Shown piece after piece: positions 1 to 11,350 of a stretch of 64,000 nucleotides of DNA (the stretch's first letter is position 1; every line of letters begins with the position of its first letter). A program made the translations under genes and the position numbers. The notes under the pieces were generated by a model. That model was not told where the DNA came from and did not search any database. It was given only the letters and a program-made list of their open reading frames with translations. The DNA lies in assembly GCF_009914755.1 (NCBI RefSeq), contig NC_060926.1. One strand, given 5' to 3'. Origin of the DNA: the human T2T-CHM13v2.0 reference genome, Homo sapiens.

Positions 1-53
1 AGCGCTAAAGCAGTCACAAACCACTAGAAAAATATGAATCCTTGAGTCTATAC

Positions 54-269
54 CAGTGGCTGTCAACTGGAGACAACTTTGGCCCCCAGGGGAGATTTGG
101 CCATGTCCATAGACATTTTTGGTTGTTAAGTGAGAGGAAGGTATGCTACTGGCATCCAGTGGGAAGAGCCCGGGGATGCTGCCAAACATGCTGCAGTGCA
201 CAGGACAGTCCCCACAACAGGGAATTCACTGGTCCAAAATGTCACTAGTGCCCAGGTTGAGAAACCCTC
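54..269 (+). mobile_element. MER20 (hAT-Charlie MITE), near full length
   Basis: cagtggctgtcaactgg...ccccaggggagatttggc...gctactggcatccagtggg...cacaggacagtccccacaac...gttgagaaaccct follows the MER20 consensus end to end. Confidence 0.9.
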
Positions 270-327
270 ATTTACAGTAATGGTAAAACTATAAACAGAT
301 AAGTAACTAAGTGGGAGCTCTTGCTTA

Positions 328-729
<402 letters not shown>

Positions 730-1090
730 TTATCATCCTAGAGATTGGTTCAGGCAAGAATCATCTGGATCTGGATGCTAAATCCAGGGGATGGATTTGA
801 GCGAGGAGGAGGCAAATGTGCATGTTCCAAAGTGTCTCCCGCAAAATGCTTATTTGTTGTGAGGGAGGAAAACTCTATAAAGGGGAGAATTGAGACCACA
901 TCTTAGGGTGATCAAAATTTATGTCACCATGAGAGGCATATGGACAACGTATCCTCCAGATGAAAAGTCCTGAGAAGGATACAAAGTTATTGGTGTAGTA
1001 TTCTAGCCAGAGTTGCAGAAAGCTAATCCTAAAATGAGTACATTCTTTTTATTTAAAGTTCTGTACTTTTTTTTTTTTAATGTCAGCATC

Positions 1091-1407
1091 AGCCAGGTGC
1101 AGTGGCTCACTCGTATAATCCCAGCACTTTGGGAGATCGAGTTGGGGGGATTGCTTGAACCCAGAGTTTGAGATCAGCCTGGGCAACATAGTGAGACCCT
1201 GTCTCTACAAAAAGTAAAAAAAAAATTAGCCAGGAATGGTGGTCCTTGACTGCAGTCTCAGCTACTCGGGGGTGCTGAGGTGGAAGGATCACTTGAGCCT
1301 GGGATGTCGAGGCTGCAGTGAGCTGAGATCATGCCACTGCACTCCAGCCTGGGTGACAGAGTAAGACCCAGTATCAAAAAAAAAAAAAAAAAGAAAAGAA
1401 AAAGAAA
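1091..1407 (+). mobile_element. AluJ
   Basis: J-type motifs (gattgcttga, ggcaacatagtgagaccctgtctctac) and an A-rich tail. Confidence 0.93.
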
Positions 1408-1750
1408 AATCAACTTTGCAATAGGCAAATAAAAGCTGAGGATATTTTCCAGATAAGAGATAAAGAGATGTGACAACTAAATGCCATATGTGATCCTAGG
1501 CAGGATCCTGTACTGAAGGAAACATGAAGCTATAAAGGGTGGCATTGGGTCAGCTAACAAAATTGGCACATCACAGTAGAGCAATAGGTTAAAGTATTGT
1601 ATCTATTTAAAATTTCCTGATGTTTTTAACTATACTATAGTTATGTAAGAGAAAGCTCTTATTCTTAGGAAATACATGCTAAGGTTTTTAAGGGTAAAGG
1701 ACATGATGTATGGAATTTACTCTCAAATGGTTCAGGGAAAAAAAACTACA

Positions 1751-1890
1751 TGTGAGTATGTGTGTGTGTGTGTGTGTGTGTGTATACATTTGTATGTATA
1801 CGTGTGTGAGTATATACGTGTATGCGTGTATATATGTGTGTATGTGTATGTATACGTGTGTGTATGTAATATAGTGTATGTGTGTATGTA
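1751..1890. repeat. (TG)n / TG-TA microsatellite
   Basis: Pure TG run followed by a degenerate TG/TA tract. Confidence 0.9.
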
Positions 1891-2350
1891 GGCTAAAATA
1901 TCCACATTCTAGTCCTCAAAACTTTTCATGTTACCTTATATGGCAAAAGGGACTTTGCAGATCTGATTAAGTTTAGGATCTTGAGATTGGGAGATTGGGA
2001 GGTTAGCCCGAATTATCCAGCTAGGTCCTAAGTGTCATCCCAAGGATCCTTCTCAAAGGGAGGCAGTAGATCAGAGTGAGCAGTAGGAGATGTGGCAAGC
2101 AAGATGTTGTAGTGATGGATGTGAGGGGCTACAAGCCAAGGCATGCAGGTGGCCCTCAGAAGCAGGACAAAGACAAGGAAATGGACCGTCTTCTGGAAGC
2201 TTCAGAAGGAACAAGGGCTGACACCTTGATGTTAGCCCAGTGAAGCTGATTTTGGACTTCTGGCCTCCAGAACTATAAGAGAGTAAAGTTGTGTTGTTTA
2301 ATGCCACCAAGGCTCTGGTAATTTGTTATAGCAGTAATAAGAAATGAATG
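1890..2350 (+). mobile_element. MLT1D-like MaLR solo LTR
   Basis: ttaccttatatggcaaaagggactttgcagat...tggacttctggcctccagaactataagagag...ttgttatagcagtaataagaaatgaat. Confidence 0.85.
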
Positions 2351-2364
2351 CTTATGCATATACC

Positions 2365-2402
<38 letters not shown>

Positions 2403-2451
2403 CATATATATACACACACACGTATATATGGGAAATGAATACCTATGCATA

Positions 2452-2775
2452 TACACATGTACGTGTTGTACAGGTGTATACACCTGTACGTGTTGTACAG
2501 GTGTATACACCTGTACGTGTTGTACAGGTGTATACACCTGTACGTGTTGTACAGGTGTATACACCTGTACGTGTTGTACAGGTGTATACACCTGTACGTG
2601 TTGTACAGGTGTATACACCTGTACGTGTTGTACAGGTGTATACACCTGTACGTGTTGTACAGGTGTATACACCTGTACGTGTTGTACAGGTGTATACACC
2701 TGTACGTGTTGTACAGGTGTATACACCTGTACGTGTTGTACAGGTGTATACACCTGTACGTGTTGTACAGGTGTA
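2452..2775. repeat. Minisatellite, 12 x 27 bp (TACACCTGTACGTGTTGTACAGGTGTA), palindromic
   Basis: 324 bp = 12 units. Units 2-12 are identical and unit 1 has CACATG. Each junction forms the perfect palindrome GTACAGGTGTATACACCTGTAC. Confidence 0.98.
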
Positions 2776-2913
2776 TACACATGTACAGGTATATGCATAG
2801 GTACTCATTTCCTACATATATATTTATGTGTGTGTGTGTGTGTGTGTGTATTCAGTAGTAGCATAGTAGTATATGGTAGTGGGGTAGTATGTACATACAC
2901 ACAGGCACACATA

Positions 2914-3566
2914 GAGTTGATCATCATTGTTCATGGATTCCATATTTGTAAATTTACCTCCTTGGTGAAATTTCTTTGTAACCCCAAAACCAATGCTCAT
3001 GGTGCTTTTGTGGTCAATTTGCCAACATGTGCAGCAGTGGCAAAAAATTGAAGTCACCTGATGCACACATGCTCAGCTGAGGCAGAGCAAGATGACACTC
3101 CGCCTTCTTTCTTGTTTCAGCTCTCATCCTATAAACACGTGTCCTTATCGTGGTCTATTTAGTGCCATGTTTTTAACATTTTTCTGTGTTCTGTTGGTGA
3201 TTTTGCTGTTTAAAATAGCCCCCAAACATAATGCCAACATGCTCTCTAATGTGCCGAAGCACAAGAAGGCTGTGATGTGCTTTACAGAGAAACTGTGTGT
3301 GTTAGGTAAGCTTTGTTCTGGCATGAGTTATAACGCTCTCAACCGTGAGTTCAGTGATCAATAATATGTATCAATGGATAAATAATACCTATCAAAAAGG
3401 TGTTTTTAAGCAGAAATAAGGTTATGTACAGATCAGTGGACAAAATATTGTGACCAGAAGCTTAGGGGAACCTAACTCAATATTTCACGTAGGAGCAATG
3501 GTTCTGTATGTGCCTTCAGAGGTCACGGTGAAGTTATAGGATATCGCTACTGAGAATAAAGAGAAT
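2914..3566 (+). mobile_element. MER82 (TcMar-Tigger)
   Basis: ggattccatatttg...tttgtaaccccaaaaccaat...cacaagaaggctgtgatgtgc...ggaacctaac...gaataaagagaat follows the MER82 consensus. Confidence 0.88.
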
Positions 3567-3872
3567 ATATATGGAGAGAGAGAGCACAAGTGATAAAGAG
3601 AAAATGTGAGTCTGGGTTTAGGGCCTATGGGTGTTCTTTGTATTACTCATGGAACTTTTCTGTAAGTGTGAAGTTATTTTCAAATAAAATGTTGAGATAA
3701 AGAGTGGCTGTGTCAAGCACTTGCATCTGAATGTATCATATCAAGTTAATGGATCAGCGCTCCATGAGGTGCTGGTGTTAGGAAAAGGGCCTAGCTGGCT
3801 CAGGGCAGGCCCCAAGCAGGGAGTCGAGAGGTGGGAAAAGGTGGAGTGGTCTCCGTGGTGGCCACATTGTGA

Positions 3873-4396
<524 letters not shown>

Positions 4397-4499
4397 CACC
4401 CTCCTTCTTAAGTCCATCGAAGTGAAGGGCCCCTTCAGCCACACAGTCACCCAGGCCAGAAACTGGGCCCTCATCCTTGTCCCTACATCCAGTCACAAG

Positions 4500-4700
4500 C
4501 TCATCCCATCGTCCCCACAGGCAACTGCCTGGTTGACATTTTACTTGGCTATCTCATCTCAAATATGACATGTGCACAAGTGAATTCTTGGTTTCCCTCC
4601 AAACCTGGCTCCCTCCCAATTGTCCTCAGTGGTGTAAATAATACCATCACTCACCTAGATGCCTGTGCCCAAAAGTTGTGAATGATTGTCTGGCTTCTGT
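4500..4700 (+). mobile_element. L2 fragment
   Basis: catctcaaatatgacatgtgcacaagtgaattcttgg...accatcactcacctag resembles L2. Confidence 0.55.
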
Positions 4701-4774
4701 TTGGGTTTTTTTATTGTGGTGGCGGTGGTGGTGGTGGTAGTTTTAGTTTTGATATTTTGCTCTGTTTTGCTTCT

Positions 4775-6275
4775 AGTAAAATTCACTTACAGGAAATTGT
4801 AGCATTAAATGTTAAATTTGATATGTTTTGATACATGCATACACCTGTATAACTAACACCTCAGTCAATATATAGAATGTCTCTAACACCCCCATAGAGT
4901 TTTCTCGTCTTCCCTTCTAGACCCTTGTTTGATTTTTCAAATGTAACCAATCTTGCAGTCCTGGTTACATTACACTTAATGTGATTAAATAAATTACACT
5001 TAATTGTGATTATTACCTTTTAATATATTTTTGGCTTGAATTTGCTAATATTAAATATTCTATTAAGGACTGTGGTTATCTGAATAGTGACCCTGAATAT
5101 GCTCATGTCCTAATGCCTTGAACCTGTGATTATGACTTTCTATGTCAAAAGAGACTTTGAAGATGTTATAAGTTGGAGAGCTTGAGATGGAGGGATAGTC
5201 CTGGATTATCCAGACAGAACCTAAATGTACTCACAAGTGTCCTTATCCTGGGGAACAGAGGGAGAACTGATGGCAGAAGAAGGCACCATGGTAACTGGAG
5301 CAAGATGCTTCAGCTGGGTAGCTTTGAAGATGGTGGGGTGAGCCCGGGGCTCCAGAAGCTGGGAAAGGAAAGGACACAGATTCTCTCCCTGGAATTTCAA
5401 GGAGTTCGGTCCTGCTGGCACTTTGATTTCAGCCCAGTGAAACTGATTTCCGACTTCGGACTTCTAGAATCACAAGAGAATAAAGCTGTATTGCTTTAAG
5501 CCACCAAATTTGCGATGATTTGTTACAGCAGCAATTAGAAACAGGTACAGGAATTTTTGTGTTTAAATTCATAAGAAATATTTTTCTGTGATTTTTCTTT
5601 TATTTTCATGCCAAAATGTCAGGTTTTGTATCAGGGAGATTCTGGCTTCAAAAAATAAGTTAGAAAATGTTTCCTGTCCCGTTTTCTGAAAGAGCTTGTG
5701 TCAAATTAGTATTATTTCTTTCACAATTATTTGATAGAATTCACCAGCAAAACCATCTTCACCTAGAGTCTTCCTTGTGGAGAGATTTTTAAATTATAAA
5801 TGTAATTTAAAAAATAAACATAGGGCTATTTAGATTTTCTATTTCTCAGTCAGTCAGCTTTGATCAGGCATGTTATTTTAAGAAATTTGCCCATTTAATC
5901 TAAGTTATCTGAGTTTATTGGCATAATATTGTTTATACTATTTAGTTTTTATTTTGTTAATGTCTGTAAAATGTGCAGTGCTATTTCCCTTTTCATTTCT
6001 GATAATGATAAATGTTTTCATTATAATTCAGTTCAAAGAATGTGTAATTTCTCCTCATGATTTTTTTTTCTTTGACCTTTAGGCTATTGGATGTTTACAA
6101 GTATATTAACATCCAATACTTGGGGATTTTCTGGGTTTTTTATTCCTAAATAAATTTTATTGTTGTCAGAAAATATATTCTATAAGGTCTTAATCTCTTG
6201 AAGTCTATTGAGAGCTATTTCACAGCCTATCTTCATAAACACTTGATATGCATTTAGGAAGAACATGTGTTTTGC
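4775..6275 (-). mobile_element. Ancient L1 (L1ME/L1M5-type) 3' end and ORF2 remnant, interrupted by MLT1D
   Basis: T-rich antisense L1 text (ttgaatttgctaatatt, tgatagaattcaccag, aagaaatttgcccatttaatctaagtt). Confidence 0.75.
5071..5549 (+). mobile_element. MLT1D-like MaLR solo LTR
   Basis: TG...CA termini. aaaagagactttgaagatg, gcccagtgaaactgatttccgacttc, tgttacagcagcaattagaaac. Confidence 0.85.
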
Positions 6276-6279
6276 AGAC

Positions 6280-6472
6280 TACCCAGACTTGAATCAATCC
6301 AGGCCTGCTGCTTACTAGCCATATGAGTTAAGCAAATAACATAATTTCTCTGAGCCTCAGTTTCCCTAAATGTAAAACAGGAATGAATGATATTATTGAT
6401 CTAACAAGGTTGTGGTGAGAATGAAACAAAAATCTCTCAGCTTGTGGAAAGTCCATTCAGTGTTAGCTATTG
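6280..6472 (+). mobile_element. MIR
   Basis: MIR core tctctgagcctcagtttccctaaatgtaaaacagg. Confidence 0.75.
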
Positions 6473-6851
6473 TCCCTCTCCTCCTCTTCCTTCTTCTCAT
6501 CCCTATTGTATCTGTTATGGCCACAGTCATTATTGTTTCCATTTTTGTTATTACATAGTTTTAAGCATCTTCAACTGAACTTCTGAGGTTGCTGTTAACT
6601 CCTGCCTGCCCCAGGAGGGGAGTTTCTAGTGGACTATTTTACAGTCAGTTACAGTTATTCTCACCATGATGTCTATTCTCCCCTGATAACTAAATTGCTT
6701 TACATTTCAGGCAGAGGCTCCCGTGGAGGAGGCACCAGCCCTGCCATATTCTTGAAGCCACAGTGGTGTGCCTGGTGCTGTTAGGCTTATTGAGCTGACG
6801 GCCTGGTGTTTGCTGATAACAAAACTTTCTTGAGTTCTTGACTTGAGTTCT

Positions 6852-7016
6852 TGACTGAGAAACAGAAAATCTAAATAGCCCTATGTTTATTTTTTAAATT
6901 ACATTTATAATTTAAAAATCTCTCTGCAAGGAAGACTCTAGGTGAAGAGGGTTTTGCTGGTGAATTCTATCAAATAATTGTGAAAGACATAATAATTTGA
7001 CACAAGCTCTCTCAGA
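6852..7016 (+). repeat. Inverted duplicate of 5685-5852 (L1-derived)
   Basis: The reverse complement aligns to 5685-5852 with about 6 substitutions and one 3-bp indel (manual alignment). Confidence 0.95.
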
Positions 7017-7372
7017 GCTAATTTTGGGTTGGCCTAGAGAGTGTGTTTTCAGCAAACTATCTTCGTTAGGGCGCCCTCATTGGAGGTTCTGGAGCTCTTG
7101 AGAATCAGGACTCTTTCGGTTGAGAATCAGAAGGACCCTTTACTCCTGGCAGGTGATTGATCTGGGTGTGATGACTCGGGCTTTGCAACTTCTCCAAAAT
7201 CACTTATTCGTGTCTTCATTGCCTTCTGGCATTTGAAGCAGCAGAAGAGAACTCTGAGGCTAGCCCAATTCTTGTTCCTTGAGATGTAACTGGTAATGCT
7301 TCTTTTTCTGCCTAGGTGCTTAAAATTTTTTTCTTTATAATGTAATCCCAAAAGTTTTGCAAAGTGTGAGCA

Positions 7373-7621
7373 CAGATTGAGTATCCCTTATCCAAAATGC
7401 TTGGGACCAGAAGCGTTTTGGATTTTTGACTTTTTTGAATTTTGAATTGTTATTTCAAATACAACTGGTAATTATAAACAGGTCAGCATCCCTAATCGGA
7501 AAATTCAAGATCTGAAATGCTCCAATGAACCTTCCCTTTGAGCGTCATGTTGGTACTCAAAAAGTTTTGGATATTGGAGCACTTCAGATTTTGGATTTTC
7601 GGATTGGAGATACTCAATCTG
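7373..7621 (+). mobile_element. Tigger4a/MER46A MITE
   Basis: TIRs cagattgagtatc / gatactcaatctg followed by TA. Internal ccaaaatgcttgggaccagaag and cctttgagcgtcatgtt. Confidence 0.9.
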
Positions 7622-7759
7622 TATAAATGTCTTTCTTGGTTGGTTTTTGTTTTCAGATTATCTTTTTTGATCCACATACTCTTTAGCTGAGAAATCGTTT
7701 TTTAATAATGTATCTGATTGCACTTCTACATGATTTCATTAATTCAAAATCGTTATTGA

Positions 7760-7975
7760 AAACCTCCATGCCAGGTACTGGGGATAGAGTAGTGAGCAAG
7801 AGAAAATTTCTGCCCTCAGGCAGCTTGCATATTAGTAAGGGAAATGGTCCATAAACAAGTGAAAACAATAAACTAGAACTCCGTAGCAGATGCTGTCAGA
7901 GCCCTGGAGAATAATAGAGCCATGTGAGGGGATGGAGAATGCAGTGGGTGGGGAGGACCTGACTTAGAGGTAGGG
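7760..7975 (-). mobile_element. L2 3' fragment
   Basis: atgccaggtactgggatagagtagtgagcaag...tgccctcaggcagcttgcatattagt. Confidence 0.7.
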
Positions 7976-8879
7976 AGCATTTTGGCAGTGGCCTCTTCCT
8001 TTCTCAGAAACACTTATTCTAGGTGTTTATGATGGAAGTGGATCTGTTCTCTGCCCTAAGTATACAGTATATTAATTTTCATCATTGGCATCTATTTTTT
8101 TTTTCGTTTTTCTCAGCAATCTGGGAACACATGCCAAGTATGTCCTCTACATCATCAATTTGATTTGTCACAGCCCATGGGACTCTTTACTGCTGTGGAG
8201 GACCTCATTTCTTCTCCTACAAGTGATTCCTTCATCATCCTCCCTCCCATTTCCCTTGTGCCTCTCTGGCTTTTCAGCCCAACTTCTTCCCCTCCGGGTC
8301 CTTGTTTCCTGGACGCCCTGTCTTCTTGCATCTTCTTCAGGTTGCCAGACAATTTTCTGAGGTTTCATCTGGACTCTTGCGATGAACCATTTTCGGGAAT
8401 CTTTTTCTTCTGAGTCCTCAGAACGATCTACCTTCCTCTTGCTCTGCAGCATTTTCTGTAGGTTCCATGGAGAAGTTTGCTTTTCTCAATTCACCCTTGG
8501 GTGCGGTTATGAAGTCCCCTTGTGTAATAGTCAGTGGGCTGGATAGCAGCACTGGGCTGTAGCACTGGACAAACCCCCTTGGGATGACTTGCTATACCTG
8601 GATGCACAGGCACCAGAGCAGCTGTCTATCTGTCCATCTGTCTGGGATGCCATTGCTCTTCTCCACTGCCTCAGGCCCAGTCACACCACACAGAGGGAGT
8701 ATCTGAAAACACCCAGCCTGGAAGGCACTGGCCACCACGGTTCCTACGTCTGCCCCTGCATCCAGTACTTGACTTGTGGCAGAGAATTTAGAGGAGTAGA
8801 TAACTGCAAAAAAAAAAAACACAGACTGCTCTGCCTTGAAGTTCCTCTTTCCAGAGCTCCCAGAAGCCCCACAGCTGGA

Positions 8880-9210
8880 TAGTTTGTTTATGTTAACCTG
8901 CTATTTAGAAATTAAGCTCCGATTTGGAAATTAGGGATTGTAATTTAGCATTAACCCAGATGTCAAGACGTAATGAGACACACTGTGGGGGAAATTGGAT
9001 TCCATATTGCCAAAGACCCATTTTATTTATAATAACCAGCCACTCACATCATGCCAATATTGATGGATCATATGTTTAAATTTTTGATAGCTCATTCATT
9101 TCTATAATTACATTTATTTCAAATTAAATTAAATAAGTCTCACGCACCCTTGATATACAAAGAGACAAAATTAATTTGTGGATCAGAATTAACCTGCCAT
9201 TCAACCCCGG
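8880..9210. promoter_or_regulatory. Candidate developmental enhancer (AT-rich, homeodomain/FOX motifs)
   Basis: Apparently non-repeat AT island with many TAAT/ATTA cores, TGATGGAT (PBX-HOX type, 9061) and TGTTTAT (8885). Inferred from motifs only. Confidence 0.4.
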
Positions 9211-11214
9211 GAACTGTCCTTTCTAGAGGCCCTTGGAGAGTGCCATTTTGCCATTTCAGAGAGGAAGGTTTGCCTGTGCATATAAACAGCTTTTAACCTG
9301 GGAAGGGCTCATCCTCGGGCTTGGAGGGCAGTGTCATCGCAAAGGTGATGGGGTAGGAGTGGAATTGCTCACCGATAGGTGCAGATACAGAGACCAGCCA
9401 TCTGCCACCACAGCTGATCTTCCCCGAAAACTGCAGAGCAGTCACAGGGGCAGCAGCCTGGAGTTTCGGGAAACCGTGTAAGTGCTGGTATTTGTCTCCA
9501 GGACACTGGTTACTGATGAGTGACCTTGGGCAAGATTCATGCAGTTGCCTTTCCGGAGCAGGGTGGTAGAAATGCTCACTACTCCCTGCACACCCACATC
9601 CACTGCCAGGGCCCTGTCTCCTGGCTACTGCAGGCTTGTCCAAGAGTGCAGTCATGGGCAAATGTGGCCCACCAGATGGGTAGGGGAGCCAGAACAGCTG
9701 GGCCATGTGGGTGATGTGGAGGGGGTTGAAAGAACTTCCTTCCTGATCAACCAGAGTTGGCACCATGCATGTTATGGAAAAGCCTGTCCACAGAAAGAAT
9801 GGAGCCGCGTTGCAGAGTCGGGTAGAAGTGGAGAGCCGGCAGTCCATTGCGGGAGGCAGGGAGCGGTGTTTGCCCTTGACCCTCTGGTGCCCTTGCCTTC
9901 TTGGTGCCCTGTGGTTGGCAGTGTAAGCTTGCCTCTGCATTTGCTCGGTATACCCTCTCACAAGCTGGGAAGCTGTGGCAGCTGGGGCTGAAAGAAGCGT
10001 AACCCCACAGGGCCTGGCAGGACAGCAGAATGCAGAAGAGCGGCAGGTGCCAAGTAGGTCTGAGAGGGCCACAGACAGCCCCAGAGGAGGTCCTGCCTGT
10101 GCAGTGGTGTGGCAGACCCTATACATTTTCATGGGCCTGGAGTGGGGAGCTGAGGTTGACTGCAGGAACAGGCCTGTGAGAGAACCGGGGGTCTTGGATC
10201 TGGAAATGTCCCAGAGACACTTGCCTGGGAGCCGGGATGGGGGTTCAGCTCTATCCAAGACTTTAGTGAATGGTCTAGTTGGGACCCACAGACAGTGGCA
10301 AGGCAGTGCTCCCCATGTCCTAAGCCGAGGCTGGATGGGACATTGCACGTGTTGGCTCTGTACAGGCCACGTGACCACTGAGAAGTGGAAACTCCCACTC
10401 AGGGCATTTGCCTAGCACCCGCTCCTCCTCCTCCACAATTATCTCTGTCCCAGGAGGTAGAGGATTGGAGGGGGGGGGTCTTCGGAATCGATGGTGTTTT
10501 AAGCCCACAGTGGCTAAGAAATCCCTGCATTTGACTCGGTTTACTTATAAGTATTAGGATTCTTTTTTGGTGTCAAACAGAAGAGGGGCTGAGCATCAGA
10601 AATTAAATCAAGTGACACCCAAAACAGAGATTTGCTTTTGCATATTTGAATCTGTAGGCATGAAGTGTAGCCCCTGGGACCTGCATTTCACAGCACCCCC
10701 CATCCCCTCTCCCCCAGGAAGATGGGGAGGGTCCTCAGACCACACTCGTGAACCGTACTTAGCAGGAGAACACAGCACAGAGGCATGGGGCTCTTCTGAG
10801 AGCTGAAGCGGCGGCATGTGGCAAAGGAAATAGGTGTTGCCTCTTCAGAGGATCCAGGTGTCAGCAGTTACAGGAGCCATCTTCAGCTCCGCTGAAAGAG
10901 GGGCTTCCTGCCCACTGCGTTCTCCATCACTGGATGGATGTCCTGCCCCAGGATGGAGGGCCATGTGTCAGGGGTTGCAAAGAAGAAAGATGCCCTGTTA
11001 GAGTTAGAGGTTGAGCAAAGAGGCTTCTCATATCCTCTTCTAACTTAGAGATCAACAGCTACTTACACTGAGCTCCTGTTTGTGCATCTCTAGAATGAAT
11101 AAGAATGAATAAATCTAAGACCCTGGGGGCTCCCAGTTACAGATATGAAAAAGTTAAAGTGACCCCCAGCCCTGAGCCCCTGCAGGAGGTGGGGATTAAT
11201 AATCCCTAATTAGC

Positions 11215-11350
11215 CCATGCAATTACCACAACAGTCCAGATTTTGAAACTATTATCCTGATTTTACAGATGATGAAACAGATTCAATGACAGCAATTAAC
11301 CTGCCCAAGGTTATGCAGTTAATAAGCAGCAGAATCAAAATTAAGTCCCG
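11215..11350 (-). mobile_element. MIR
   Basis: attatcctgattttacagatgatgaaacagattca...acctgcccaaggttatgcag. Confidence 0.7.

Larger units (their letters stand above)
7190..8500 (-). mobile_element. Highly decayed L1/HAL1 5'-ORF1-type remnant, interrupted by Tigger4a and L2
   Basis: cttcattgccttctggcattt...gaggctagcccaattcttgttcct and pyrimidine-rich antisense text. Family uncertain. Confidence 0.4.

Noticed and set aside
2452-2775. CRISPR-like appearance (palindromic repeats with spacers)
   Set aside because: The spacers are identical and only 5 nt, there are no cas genes, and the context is primate DNA. It is a minisatellite.
2273-3051. ORFs open in all six frames (121-235 aa)
   Set aside because: An artefact of a 27-bp stop-free palindromic unit and (TG)n tracts. 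The peptides are pure repeats.
3092-3364. ORF with transposase-like N-terminal words (PKHKKAVMCFTEK)
   Set aside because: Remnant inside the non-autonomous MER82, with no complete transposase.
9293-10378. 361-aa minus-strand ORF, the longest in the window
   Set aside because: No recognisable domain, non-ATG start, and Pro/Ser/Cys/Arg-rich composition typical of GC-rich non-coding DNA.
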